Positions 35,951 to 50,098 are shown, counted from the whole stretch's first letter. The stretch: DNA of 63,700 bases, filler included, from Basidiobolus ranarum (GCA_040143965.1; 16 parts of 16 records of this genome joined end to end with filler, not necessarily neighbours in it); one strand, 5' to 3'. Notes: generated from the sequence alone by a model not told the origin. Made by a program: numbers and translations.

Positions 35951-37186
35951 AATACCTTTCTTGTCTTACGCTGTCGTCTAGGTGGCGCATTCTCATCTCC
36001 CTCGTTGGTGGTGTGCTTTTGTCGTCGTTTTGGTAACAGAGTGGTGAAGTCTTTGATGACCGTCGCTTTCTTTCGGTTGCTCCTTAATGCCTGCTTCAAT
36101 GGCGTCAGTGGTCGTTTCGAAGGCGGACGATCGATAACAATATATGGTTCCAAGTTCTCCTTCTCTGAGTCTTCCGATAGATCCGATACCTTGGGTGTGT
36201 GAAGTCTAAACGCGGGTGACGCTTCTCTGATATTCCGTAAGTTACTGTTATTGAGGGTAGTCTGATGAACCGGGGTCAACGGTTTACGAACTGGAGGGGT
36301 TCGTTGTTGCCGCGTTCTAACTAGGAGTTTTTCCACCTTTGCGAAACCAAATGGATCTTCTTCGGTGCCAATCTCTGGTGATTCTACGGATGGCTGTTTA
36401 TTTACTACTTCTTGGACCATAACCTCTTCAGGGTACTCCTCCAATCTTTCACTCGAACCACCTTGCGCTGCCTCAAGTACAGGTGATTGAGACAAGGCTC
36501 CGGGTCGTAGGCGTAACACTTCGGTGGTCACAATTTCTCTTTTTTTACCTTTTTCTTTGCTACTAGGAGTGATTTGAGTATGTTTCCGCATACGAAAAGT
36601 AGGTGAATACTTTGTAGAATTTGAACCCTCAATAATATCGAAATCATTTTTTCGTTTAAAAGAGGATTTTTCATAACCTACTGGAGTTTCTATACTATCA
36701 CTTAATTCTAAGGTTATAAATAGTTAGAAATAGAAGAATACGTTCCATAAATAGTAGGTTATATCTTTGTTATAATTCACTACTTTCGTAGTAAACTATT
36801 CACTTACCCTGAAGGAAGGGTGATATAGGACTAGTGTGCGGTAGATTTCCCTCTAGTGTAGTTTTAGGAGTAGAGGTAACCACTTCCCGATAGTCACCCA
36901 TCTTGTCGAGAAATTCCAAGGGATTCTCTTTTTCACTGATATCCTCAAATGGGTCACTACTAATAGTGGAAATTCGAGGGTTATAAGTATGTGAACGACT
37001 GGTAGAGGGAGTACTATGCTGAACTGCAGAAGTGATAGGTAACGGTCGGGAAGAAGAAGACTCGGTATGCTTGGTGTTAGAAATATTTTTTAGAGAACTT
37101 GAGAAGTTTGTGGTGTCAGTGGGTGGTGGTGTTTCTGGTACTACTTCAGATACTTTACGTTGTGAACGAAGTACTCTTCTTGACAT
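35951..37186 (-). CDS. Disordered S/T/P-rich protein with two KEN boxes and an FGF motif (Sororin-like candidate); exons 37186-36808 and 36707-~35956, 3'-truncated
   Basis: GTAAGT donor at 36807 and AG acceptor at 36708 join the two ORFs in frame; SEKENPL, DPFGF, SEKENLE and many TP/SP sites. Confidence 0.6.
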
Positions 37187-38432
37187 TGAATATATTTTTT
37201 TTTTACCAAGAGTAACCAGTAGGTGGGTAGCGTTCTTTGGTAAAGAAATAATTCAATCCAATAAAAAAAACTGATATAGTTAAAGTGAGGAAAATTTCTT
37301 TAGAGTATATGCAGGTTAAAAGGGAAGTAAAACCAAGAAATTGATTTAGTATTGAGGATAAGGGTAAGGGTAAGGGTAAAGTTAAAGGGAAATTTCCAAT
37401 TGAAATGGGAGGATTCAACTTTTACTTGAACCAATTCATTTCATTTCATTTAAATTGATGAGTGAGTTAGAATTTAAAGTGGGGTAGACAACGAATGAAG
37501 TTTATTTAAATTCACTTGAATCTAATCGAATCCAATCTACTTTACTCTACTTTCATTTCAATTCATTTCTTTTTAATGATTGGTTATTGAGGACTGCGAC
37601 TCTATAGCAAATCAATTTCTTTCTTTTTCGCTGAATTGGTCCCTCCGATGCTGAACCATATGATCTACCCTGCTCCTTCATACTCTTTGCTTCGATTCAA
37701 CTCCGCAGTAAATTGTGACTATAGTAATTATTATACTGGAATACTCAAAACCATACTTTAGTCCAATATGTTAACTCATTTCCACTGGAATACCCTATGT
37801 TGAATATTTGATCATGTGATTTATGATCAATATCCTACATTTAAATGGATAGATCCAATACTTCAATCAAGTAGATATCCATCATATTACTATAGTATTG
37901 AAATACTCCAATATCCCTATAGTATGGTGGATATTTTTGAATCATAATTTCATCTAACCAAGTAAAAAATTTTGGCCAGTGATAATATTCCAATGATTTT
38001 TTTGAAGTGAAATCTAGATATGAATTTTGAATTTCATTGTGGAGTACCATACTGAAGCACTAATTATATGACTTAGAGAATAATGAAAAATTCTACTGAT
38101 TTAATACTTTTCTAAAATCTTGATACAAAATTGTTTGGTTAGAAATTGAATTTAATCCTCTCTATATTTCAAGTGACATAAAAGAGAAAGATGGATTTTA
38201 TATATTAACAATAATGCCCAAAGAAAGTGTGAAGTACTTGCTGCTTTAGCTTGGAAAGTGGCTGAGACTTCCCCAAATCTAGTAAGAAACTCTAGATACA
38301 AGTACTTTTACTGCACAAACAATCCAGTTTATTCTTGACCTATGTCTGCATATAGCAATACTCAACATGTATACATATAATATCCAGTTATAGTATACCA
38401 GCTTGGCATACAAACATAAATATGCTAAACAA

Positions 38433-39150
38433 TGTTCAAGTATTCTGAGAGTCTGTTGGAAATGGTTTGGAAAAATGATGAAATAGATTAATTGGTGGTT
38501 TTCACTTAGTAATTTATATGATATTTATAGTTTTGTTAAGATGTAAACAGACCAACATGTTGAATGCACTAAGAAAGGTCCCAGGAACTTGTGTGCCATG
38601 TTTGGGGCATCTGGCACAAGCTTGAAATATCTATATATGTGCAAGCATCACAGCTGGTGGAATAGCTCTATTAATTCTACTTGCAAATAGTGAATAATAA
38701 TGTAGTGAAATACAGGATAGCTAAATTCTAAGCTATATAAGACAAAATAGCTGTTTAGGTAAAGCCAATTTCAACACACTCCTACCAATAATAGCCATAT
38801 AAATTGTTAAATTAGCATTGTCTAAACTCCTATATAGTCCTAAATTGCTTGGTACTAAGTTATCTCAAATTTCACTAAGAAAATACCTATTCTTCTCAAT
38901 CAGATTTACCTTGAATATTTTTACCAACTTACAGGTTCTCAGATATATAGATTTTTCAAACTTGTGCTAGAAGCCTGAAACATTGCACATATGTTGCTGG
39001 GACCTTCCTTAGCACATCTTATGCATTACTTTGCTTAAATCTTGCCAAAACTATGAATGTCAACTCTTTACTTATTTATTCAAGAAGTGAAAACCACCAA
39101 TTTCTTTGATTCTCTGAATCACATCCAACAGGCTCCTAAGTACTTTAATA
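38433..39150. mobile_element. Two copia family A LTRs back to back (38433-38776 minus, preceded by a PPT-like tract; 38805-39150 plus)
   Basis: The first has TG...CA ends and both share the family A internal motifs; they are 28 nt apart. Confidence 0.75.
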
Positions 39151-39934
39151 TGAGCTAATTATAAGTAAGGCTTAAGTTTCTGAAGTTTTTTTTAGCTAAT
39201 GGTGTAATAATTATATTTACAATCATGTTTTCTGTTGAAGAGTAGGTTAAATAAACATGATTATACTGTGATATCTCTAATATAACAATGTTGAATATCT
39301 TTAAACTTGCTTCTAGCATGAAACTTGGAATATCAAGATAATTCAAATCAATTTTTTTATCTGGAAAGATTATGCTTGGTGAAATTTGGGAGTAGCCCAA
39401 GTCTGTTAAGAGTGTTCTTCACCATTTTACTTCTTTTATAACTTCAAAAGCAGCTATATGTTTAGCTACTGCTGTACAAAGTGCAATAGTAGCTTTTTTT
39501 TTGAATTCCAAGAAATAGCTTCATTACAGCATGCAACCATATATCCTATTATGGATCACTTTTACTGTATGTGACTTCCCCAGTTTGCATGTGAGTATAG
39601 TATTAGATCAAAGTCTGATCAAGAATATCTGCATTTTAAGCACAAATCCATACTTTCTTTCAAATATCTGCATATCTACTTACAATGATGATTGGATTGG
39701 ATCTAGAATTTTGAAGATGCTGACTTACAGCTCCCATGGCACATACAAAATTTGGCCACATTCCAGGCATGTTATATATACAACTACCAAATCAAGATTA
39801 ATTAGGCAATTTCTGGCTTTCATTTGAATTTGAGNNNNNNNNNNNNNNNNNNNNNNNNNNNNNNNNNNNNNNNNNNNNTTAATTAATTAANNNNNNNNNN
39901 NNNNNNNNNNNNNNNNNNNNNNNNNNNNNNNNNN

Positions 39935-41154
39935 ACCTGATCCTTTGCCAATCAACGGTACGAGTATCTCCTTCAACGCCCCTTTGAGGCTCAAAAACTC
40001 TTCCTTTACATCCGTATGTGAGACACCCAGTTGGGTGAACATATTTTCCATCAGGAAAACGTAATGTCTGAATTTGTGAGCATACAGTACAGTTAAAAGA
40101 CATTTGTGTGACGATTGGCTTGACTGATGATGTTCGAACAACTATGAAATGTAAGCATATCCACATGTTGAGTTAGGATATATCTAGAGGTATTAGGGAG
40201 AGTATCGAATCTCACAAACCTGTTCCTCTAATACATATTAATCGCCCTATGTTTGCAATTATGTATTAAAAGTCGAGTGGTGAATGATATCTATAATGAA
40301 GTATAGTTACCGATCAGGTTCGCCTTTAAATCTTTGAGGTGAGAGAGAGGTTCAAATTGTGATATTCTGACGGTGATTTTAGTTCGAGATGCATAGTCCT
40401 CAAGATCTTTTATCAGCCCATCATGAATGGTTTGCTTTGATCTTTCAATAATGGCCTTGTGGTAGCTTAGTAAAGGATGACTATTCTAGAATTATTAATA
40501 TGCATACTTCGCTTATTGCAATCCCTAGACATCCCAAAACTATGTTGGGTTCAACTTTAAAAATCTCTTGAAGCTCTTCAAACGGACAGTTTTGAATGAT
40601 ATCGGGATAATAAATTGTGACACTATTTTTTGTCGCTAGCTCAGTCTAGTAATACGATACTGGCGTTAACGAAGATGTGTCTGAGAAAATCAACGTAAGA
40701 ACATTAAAAACCTGATAAACTTCTATGTTTTGGTGCACATAAGTTACAAAAGCCTTTATCATCGGCATATAGGCATGATTATCGTTGTAATCTATCGAAA
40801 GGTAAGAATACAGTTGTTATTTGATACTTTTTTTCATCTCGTCAAAACGTCAAATTATGTACCTTCGTTAGGAAAATACAGATACCAGTCACGTATAGGA
40901 CAATCTATATCACTAGTTGAAGTACGGGCTCTTTTCTTTGAGCGTGGTATCTTAGGAGCTTGCTGGGGTTTGGGGATTGCGCTCATTGCATTACCTCTAC
41001 TTTCTTTTTCAATCGTTACTCCCAAGGAAGTCCGACTAGAACGATTTACTTCTCGACCCTTTCCCTTATTAGAAGTGGTCGCTGTAACATTTTCACGTAG
41101 CGATTGATATCTACCAGTAAAGTTGGTAACCCCGATACTATTAGCAGGAGGCAT
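39935..41154 (-). CDS. MCM8: MCM8 helicase, N-terminal exons (3'-truncated)
   Basis: CPIRDWYLYFPNE (compare MCM8 PYxGWxLYF), ITVRISQFEPLSHLKDLKANLI, VRTSSVKP..FNCTVC..FPDGKY..PTGC..GC..TVDWQRIR. Confidence 0.82.
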
Positions 41155-41698
41155 TACTCAAAAGTTGCCACTTTACAAGTCTGAAGATAATATTTGATTT
41201 CTAACTGAATGAAGTTTGTTTGTTTTTGGTAGAAGATTCACAGTCCAATTGTCAGTTTCTGAATATTGTAGAGTTCAATTCAATATTGCTACAATTAATA
41301 TAATCTTCGTATATGCATTGAATGATTAATGCTGCCGCAATCTTGAATAAATATTTTCAACGCTAACCCATTATTTTCGATCAAAACACATTAACCAAAA
41401 AGTGTACATGTTAAAAAATTTAGTTGACTTCTAGATAAAACAGGGAAAATCTCGGTCACATTTTAATTAATCACCAGGTAGGTTTGATCTCTATATATAC
41501 TAGTATTTTAACTAAATTCATTGTAGAATAGTGTATTTTTTTTTGCTTGAAAAAAAGTTGACGGATCAAAGGTAAGAAAAAAAAAATAACAAGTGGCAAA
41601 GGAATAATTTTAGGAATAGAAGGAAATATACATAACTACAAGTGGAGTAAATACTAGTTGGTTCACCATTCCTCTACCCATAAAACTTATACATAGAA

Positions 41699-42485
41699 AT
41701 GCGTCCTCTTACTGAAGAAGAAACCAAGACATTTTTCGAAAAGCTCGCCAAATAGTGTGTATAATCCCTATTATATAGCTCTGAAGTACTTCCACTAACC
41801 TAAACGGAATTTCTTATAGCATTGGACGCAACATCACACATCTTATTGATCGTTCCGACGAAGCTTACTGTTTCCGTCTTCACAACGACCGTGTATACTA
41901 TGTTAGGTAAGGTGAATTTCTCTTCACTTTTATTTGAAACATTTATTCACGTTCATTTTGTATTTAGTGAAGCTATTATGAGAAAGGCAATGAGCGTTGG
42001 TAGAGATCAACTCATCTCTACCGGAGTTTGCTTTGGTAAATTCACCAAAGGTCATCAATTCCGTCTTCATGTCACCGCTGTCGATGTTTTAGCTCAATAC
42101 GCCAAAGTAATATTTTAAAATGATGGCTTTTAATTATTAGAGCAAATATTGATATTTATTCCTTAGTTCAAAATCTGGATCAAACCCAACGGTGAAATGC
42201 CTTACTTGTACGGAAACCATGTTGTCAAGGCCCATCTTGGTAGAATTACTGAAGACACACCCGAAAATCAAGGTGTCATCATCTACTCCATGAACGATAT
42301 TCCTTTGGTACTTTCTCATTCTAGTTGAATAATTAATTGAATCTTATGCTAACAATACTGTGCAGGGTTTCGGTGTTACAGCACGTTCTACCGTTGCTAC
42401 CAGAAAGCTTGAGCCAACAGCCATCGTCGCTTTTCATCAGACTGATATTGGTGAGTATCTTCGTGATGAAGATACTTTATTGTAA
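41699..42485 (+). CDS. NIP7: 60S ribosome biogenesis protein Nip7, 5 exons
   Basis: [19 protein letters not shown] / [12 protein letters not shown] / [16 protein letters not shown] / [31 protein letters not shown] / [17 protein letters not shown]. Confidence 0.95.
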
Positions 42486-42777
42486 TTCATTTGTTATAGT
42501 TTCGAATTTTTTCACTAGATTTTACATATACAAAACCATCTTGAATCAAATAATAAAAAGGGTAAAAACTGGATCTTCATGATACAACCATATTCAAGAA
42601 TTGCGAACTAGATCAGCTTAACTTTAATAAATAAGGAAATACTAAATACGCAAGCTATAACAGGTAAAAGAAATCAGTAAAGACGCATCAAAGAAATTGT
42701 CCATGGTATAGAAAATGTAAGTGTCCATCATCATGAAGTAAAAGTATTCAAAATAGAGAAGTAACACAAAATGGAAG

Positions 42778-43771
42778 TTAAGCCGTAATATGATCTAAAG
42801 CGTCCTTGAAGACTTGAAGTAAATACTCAGGGCTCTCTAACCCAACACTCACACGGACCAAATAACGGGTTATTCCGAATTGCGAAGCCCAATCAAGCTC
42901 AGTGTAATGAGCCAAGATTGTATAAGGGCAAACAAGTGTAAAGTTAGTACCAAGTGAAGGCCCTTTGGCACACTCAAGGTTGTCAAAGAACTGAGTGGCT
43001 GCTTCTTCTGATTCTAGAATAATAGAAAAAAGTCCACCATACCCACCTTCAAGACTTTTGTAGCTATCATACGACTCACGCATATTGTACTTAGGATAGT
43101 AGATTTTGGTCACTATATAATGTAAAAAGAAAGTCAATATATTGTCCAGCTACATTCATTGTTTACGATGGTCTGTCACCTTTGGGATGAGAGACAAGGA
43201 AGTCACACAGTGCCTCAGTGTTGTGGTTGACTTTGTGGATTCTCTCCTTGAATGTTCTGGAGTTGCGTTCTAAGAATATAGCATCCTCACTCCACACAAG
43301 ATCTTCATACTCCTGCTTAAGAGTTTCCTGAAGTTGTTCGTAGTAGCGGCCATGAGGGTTCAGCACTAGACTAAACAAAACCAAAGTCGTATTATAACCT
43401 GGGTTGATTTCATTTTCAATTCTGTACGGGCTTACCTGCCACCCATAACATTACTGTCCCCACTAAAAATCTTCGTTAAGCTAGACACCACAATATCTGC
43501 CCACTCTAAGGCTCGAACATTGACGAAGTTTCCGACTGTCTCATCGATAACAACCGCAAATCCATACTTATCAGCCAGGGATCTGATACGTTTTAGATTG
43601 GGTGTCTTTAAGAGAGGGTTTCCAGGAAACTCACAATATAAAGCAAGGACTTTCTCGCCAGACTCTAATAACTGTTCGAGTTCATCGAGATCCTTCTCTT
43701 CACCATTACCGTAGAAGTGACATCCGGGTCCGAATTTTTGTAAGATTTTCAGAGTATCAACATATGGGAAT
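42778..43771 (-). CDS. STR2: Cystathionine gamma-synthase (Str2-like), C-terminal exons (5'-truncated)
   Basis: [80 protein letters not shown] and VRVSVGLE. Confidence 0.9.
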
Positions 43772-43917
43772 CTAAAGAGATTTTTAGAGATTTGAAAATA
43801 TCTGATTTAGCTACTTANNNNNNNNNNNNNNNNNNNNNNNNNNNNNNNNNNNNNNNNNNNNTTAATTAATTAANNNNNNNNNNNNNNNNNNNNNNNNNNN
43901 NNNNNNNNNNNNNNNNN

Positions 43918-46900
43918 TGTTACGTTCTCCAATGGACCCCATTTGATGATGAATTCTTGATTGTAAATAGACACATTCCAAGGATTCTTCTATGCATTCC
44001 AGCCTTTCGAAACCTACATTGGCGTTTTGAAGAAACTTGATGATAGCCTTCAATTGATGCTTATCTTCTTTGCCCTCTTTTAACATGCTGGGTTAGTTTC
44101 AGGTTAGGTGATCAATCAAGACAGAATCAAGTACCTTTTTCTAGGGTCAAGAACTGAGCGTATAGCCCTTTGGCATAAGCCAGATGTGTGATAGATTGCA
44201 AATGTAGAGAGCCAGTGCTCAAAACCTAGTGAGATATATAAGCATCATTTCCCATAAAAGCAAGTCAGAAAGGGCGCGTTACCTGTGACATGATATCATC
44301 TATAATCTCCACTGCATTATTTGCCAATCCCAAGCACAAGAACACCTCTGCTAGACGTATTTTAGTCATGTAGAAGTCTTCCATAACATGGAATTTCTCA
44401 CTCAATGTCAAACATGTGAGAATCAACGGAAGTGCCGGTATTGGATTTCCCGATTTCTGAAGAAAGATAAGATTGATGTGATTAGAATTGGGCTACCCTA
44501 CAAGGCGATTTACATCAAAGAAGGAATACTATAGTACCAAGTGGAACTCTGCGAATTTAAGCAGATACTGGGTTTGATTTTGGTGAGTGATAGTACCATT
44601 GCCATCTTCCTTACACTTGTCTATCATCCCGTATAGTTTGTCTACAGCATTGACAACGTCTCCACACTGTAAGCCATTTAGTACTTCTCTATATTCGGCA
44701 TCCGAGCCCATAGGGTTATTTTCATCCATTACGGTTCTCAACCATCTTGTGATACCGCTTGCCACCACTCGCTCTTCTCTATTCAATTGATCCAAGCGTT
44801 AGATGGAAGAGTGACGCACTCTTCAGAAAAACACAACTACCTGAAATATGCACGCTGGTGTAGGATTTGTCCTAGACATTGGGCCCATGGATAAAGTGCT
44901 CCATGCTCGTGGCCAAATTGCTCTTTTACCAAATCCAAGATATCTATAGCTCGATCATACTGCCCCTGCAATGCATGCTAATGTAGAAGATGATGAATGT
45001 TACGTTCCACTAATTGATTTGATGCTTCCCAAGCTCCTACCTGATAAGCAAGCTTACAGTGGCCTATAGCAGCATCATCAGCCACAACATCCCTCTCATG
45101 GTATACGATCTGCAATTGAGTGTAAAGGGAGGACAATGCTGTGCTGCCTGTGATATACAAAGGTCAATTTCATTTGTTGTGGGAAAGGTAGGCTAAAGAA
45201 CCTCTCTACCATAGACATTCCAAGCGCTAGCATACATTAAATTAGTGGTTCCAGCAATGCCCTGCAATCCATTATTTATATTCAAAGAGGAACTTTTAAT
45301 CAAAGATTCGAAGCATTCCACTGGGTCGTGTTTCTAAAAATGAATCGATCATTAGAACCAAGTGAGTAGATGAAACTGGGTTAAACACGCACCACTTCCA
45401 GAGCATGTCGTGCTTTAGATAATTCACACATGGTTTGTATTTGGAATAGATTCAATTGTTTACTTTTCTCAATTAATGAATCGATCTTGGTCATTTCGGA
45501 ATTCTTATCTCCTGATGTACGAGTACGTCTAAGCCGATATAGCCAGCTTATCAAAGGAATCAGCATAAACACTTGGGATATTACGTGAAATGGTGAGAGG
45601 TACCTGAGAGCATAACTGAGACATTCCTCGTCTTTATTTTCATGAGCAATCTCGATGGTTTCCGTGATAGCCTACACAATAAGGTTAACCAATTGAAAAC
45701 AGGGAATTTTCTCCATAGAAAACTCACCTTCTCCGCCTCTTCCGTGTGATTGAATCTCAAATGTAAAACGGCAAGATTCAAGAGGGCCCGTTGATATAAT
45801 GCACTAGCAAGATGTCCAATGTTAGTATGTTGGTTCGTATTTCAGAGAATTGCATACTGTTCTCGTTAGACTTACGTATCTTGGTTCGTTAAGCAATAGT
45901 CGAAGAATTTATGAAGGCATTCTAAAGCTTCGGCGTATTCTCCAGCGCGTGTGGAATTAAGAAAACTACTTCAAGATTAGTGTCCAGCAAGACTAATGAC
46001 TACCAGTGGACAGAACCAACCGAACATAATAAGCTTTAGACAAGTCTGGATATAGATGATGAATCTGGTCGAGATGAGCCTCAAGTTCATGAGGTGACAA
46101 TGTGACTTTGGAATCTGATGATTTTACGGAAAAGTTAATGGTGCAGTTGGCAGATAAGGGATTTTAAGTTTTCTCAACTCTACCTTCAAGTTGTTCTAAT
46201 TGATGTTCCACAAAACGCTCTGCGTCAAATCTAGATACGTTCTCAGAGGATGTATGATGGGCTAAAGGATCATAAAGAAATAAAATTGTTAACAAAAAAT
46301 AATGAAAGTTCTTAAAGATCTTTATATTACCTTGCATTGAGTAATGCTCATTTTCCATATGTACATCGTCCATACCATTACACATATCGTCCACTCGCCG
46401 ACAGTAATCACAAAACTTACTATATAAATTCGATACCTCGTCGAATGGTAGTTTGCAAAATGCAAGCTGTGCTCGTCGGACAAATACACCAAATACACTA
46501 TCTCTCTCCTTGGAATGTATATAGGTTAGAATGATCGAAGGGAGAGGTACAAATGTCAAGTTCCATGAATCATACCAAGAGAAGTTCTTCAAACTATAAC
46601 AATGATAACTTTTCATTAATACATTAGAAGTAACTATATATAACCCATGGAATGCTAGCATTACTAACCTCTTCTGCAACCTCGGGATCCTCGGACCTGA
46701 TTAATTTTTGAAGGTCTAATAAAATCGGGGTAAATTTCAGTTTCTTTCTTTTATATTTGTGAGATATACATGGAAGCTTTTTACCTTTGAAAAAGTCATA
46801 CAGATCATTTGGAGTTTCAAGTTCTTCCAGCTTCATGAAGTAGTACTTAGAAATGAAAGAAGGTCGGAATCATTGATTTTCTCTACAAAACTTACACGTG

Positions 46901-47222
46901 CTACCAAGATGTTTCGTATACTATCTCCACTTTGAGATACCATGTTTTCCAATTGAGTATAAAAGTTAACCAACATTGTCTTTTTATCCTTATCGTGACC
47001 AGCGTTCTAATATTATTGTATTAATATAAAAAATCGGCCTGTTTAACCAATACTCTTTTCTAATATCACTCAAAAGGAAAGCTAATTTCTTACCTGGATT
47101 TCTGACATTAAGAAGAATACTAAAGATTGATTAACCTCGGTATCCCACGACAAATTTCTGGTGTATTCATCTATTAGAATAAGTATAGCGATTTTATGAG
47201 AAGTTAAAAAGGTGTTGGTCAT
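43918..47222 (-). CDS. APC5: Anaphase-promoting complex subunit 5, multi-exon (3'-truncated)
   Basis: MTNTFLTSHKIAILILI, DSVFGVFVRRAQLAFCKLPFDEV, ALECLHKFFDY, RALLNLAVLHLRF and IAHENKDEECLSYAL TPR-like Apc5 repeats. Confidence 0.85.
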
Positions 47223-47949
47223 TATGTGTAGAGGTAACTAGGGAATGAACCAAAAGAATTGGTCTCTATGTAAAGCGTTCTATCTAGTGGGTTACCTTGA
47301 TAAAATCTGTTTATTTACAAATAACAAATTTCTTGTGTTATCATTTATTCATATTTATGGTGAATGAATTTTTTTGGTTATCCATGAACTATATTATGCA
47401 ATCTGTAGAGTGGGATGTTCATATTTGTTAATTATTATTACAATTACTGGGATTGCTGATGGTCAATATGATAAATCGATTTAGATTTAGATTACAAGAT
47501 GTTGCCGGTGACCTAAGTAAAGCTCCACTACATCAAGATGAACATATGCTGAGAATAGTATGCAAACACTAAGTACACTCTAACTAAATATATGGATAGG
47601 TTATGGATAAATGAATGAAGAGGCTTTAGAAGGAAATATATACTTGGCGCGAGATTTGCAAAGATAAGCTGATGAAATTATTAAAGGTGTAATAGACTCC
47701 CCCTACTGTTTACCGTCTGACGAGAACGACATCCCACCCAAACCATGAGGAAAACAATACTATCGCATCTCTTCCATCCAGAGTCCCACCAAAATTAGNN
47801 NNNNNNNNNNNNNNNNNNNNNNNNNNNNNNNNNNNNNNNNNNTTAATTAATTAANNNNNNNNNNNNNNNNNNNNNNNNNNNNNNNNNNNNNNNNNNNNAT
47901 GGGAATATTTTTATCTGGGAAAAGAAGTCACGAAAGATTGTCCAAATAC

Positions 47950-49954
47950 TCAAAGGTGACGAAGATGTGGTGAATTGTATCCAGGTAATCTTGCATGATC
48001 CCCCCTAAATGGTGTTCGCGGGACACTTTCGTTAAAACTCGACGGAGTTTCAGGCGTGGGGGGAGGCTCCATCCAAAAGGAATCGTCATCTTTAATCTCA
48101 ATCACTCGATTGGTAATATTTCCTTCGCTGGAAATCAAAATATTAATATACATTACTTGACTACGAATGAATAAACAGACTTACTATACAATGACCCCAG
48201 AATCCTCGTCACCTGAACTACTCTCGTAGGTCTCGGTTGGTTCTAAGATGTTGAAGTCTCAGCACAATCCTACAAATGATGTTTCCTTTTCAATAAACAG
48301 TTACCTTCATTTTCTGAGCTCACGTCTGATAATAGATCTTCTTTTTCGTTGGTCTCATCATCGTCATCGTCACTGTCTATAATTAACCTTCGACGAAGTT
48401 GAGATTTAGGTTTGATAACTTCTGGAGAGTCAATAATACGGCTAGGGGTGTCACGATATGGAGTAGTATTAGGGGTAGTATCTAAGGCAGCATTGGGAGT
48501 AGCATCTAGGGCAGCATTAGGAGTAGCATCTAAGGTAGCATTAGGAGTAGTGTGGAATTCATCCGACTTGGATTCCGTATTAAACTCGGAATCATTCAGA
48601 TCCACCTCGATTGCTTGAAACGGTGAAGCAGTACTTTGTAAAGCTCCTGAATCGAGTTCATCGTCACTATCAACCACCAGAAGTCGGTTAACTCTGTGCC
48701 TCCTTTTAACTGTGAATAGCTCTTCAGGACTATCGAAAGTATTCTCTTTAAATTTCTCTGGAGTGCAATTTAAACTAGAGTTGGTTTCAATCACGGTCGC
48801 TTCAGAATCCACATTGAATTCCAAAGTCTCATGCTCCAACTCGAAGTCGGACTCGTCAGATTCTACCACATCAAAATCTTCCTTTTGTGGGGACTGGACG
48901 ATGGGTCGATTCTCAGTGATACTTTCTTCGTCACATTCAGATTCTTCGTCACTGATAATTACCATTCTTCGACGGCCCCTAGGTGCCGGAGTATAAATCT
49001 CTGGTGTGGAGGGGGATTGTCCTACAGGTGAGTTTACTTCATCATCATTACTTAAAGCTGGGGAATCTCTAAGTCTACTGTCAGAAAAGGCTTCGGGATC
49101 CTCATTGTTTTCTTCATCTTCACTGTCTAACTGGACGGCCGAGAATCGCTCAGTAACATTAGTAAGATTGGATCTATTATTGACTCTGTGATTATTCGGA
49201 TTAAGAGGTGAGCCTGGGGTAGTATTATTCAGTTTCAAGCGTCGGTCTTGGCGTCCAGTTCTTCGTACTGTAACAAATGCTAAGGAGGGTAAGTTTCCAC
49301 TATCAGGTGATTCACAATTTGCTCTCCCCATGTTAGGAGATGGTGTTGACACCGCCAATTTCGGCATATCTCCCTCTTCTGGAGTGAAAACCTGAAAAGC
49401 ATTTGTTGACTGTGGTTGTAAGGGACCCTTCATGCTAGAAGGAGGCGTCTTAAACTCTTCAGCCCATTCCCTCCAAAAGCTTTCCTGACTTGAATCACTG
49501 GGACTTTCATTTATATCACTTTGATATTGATTGGGTGTGTTGTTTTCCGAAAGGTTGGAGTAAACAAAATTCTCGGGTGTAACTGGGTATGTTGGTGAGT
49601 CTTCTTCATATTCATATGGATGATATGGCGGTGTTTCAGTGAACATTTTGTTGAATGGAAATGGACGTTCACCAAGCTGAATTCGACGCTTCTCTATTCC
49701 AGCTTCATTTTCTATGTTTGTCTTCAAAACTGAGTTCCCCAATTGAACGTCTTGTCCCCATTCCTCCCAAAATTCTTCGTCACTCAAATTAAAGGGACTT
49801 GGTTCATTAGGTGTATGTTGTTTGGAAGCGGAGAATTCCTCTGTTAAATGCCTACAGTATATTCAGTTGAGTATACTACTGATGAATTGTTATCAAAAGG
49901 GAAGTCTACTTACTTTGGTGTTATTTGAGAAGACAACACCATGTTTTCATTCAT
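47950..49954 (-). CDS. Uncharacterised acidic, intrinsically disordered protein (about 4 exons) with SIM-like motifs and TPNAALDA repeats
   Basis: The 505-aa ORF plus flanking exons are joined by GT-AG introns (donors near 49913, 48304, 48185). RRR..(I/V)(I/V)(I/D)SD(E/D) occurs three times; 24-nt tandem repeat at about 48465-48552. Confidence 0.7.
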
Positions 49955-50098
49955 AATTATATCACACTCGGACAAGCCTAACAGTCAAGAAAATCCTACC
50001 TTAATTGTTTGGTTGATTTTGAGTTGATATTTTTGAAAGATAAACAAATCAATCAATATCCAATTATCTTGAAAAAATGGGCCTGATTTATTTGGACT

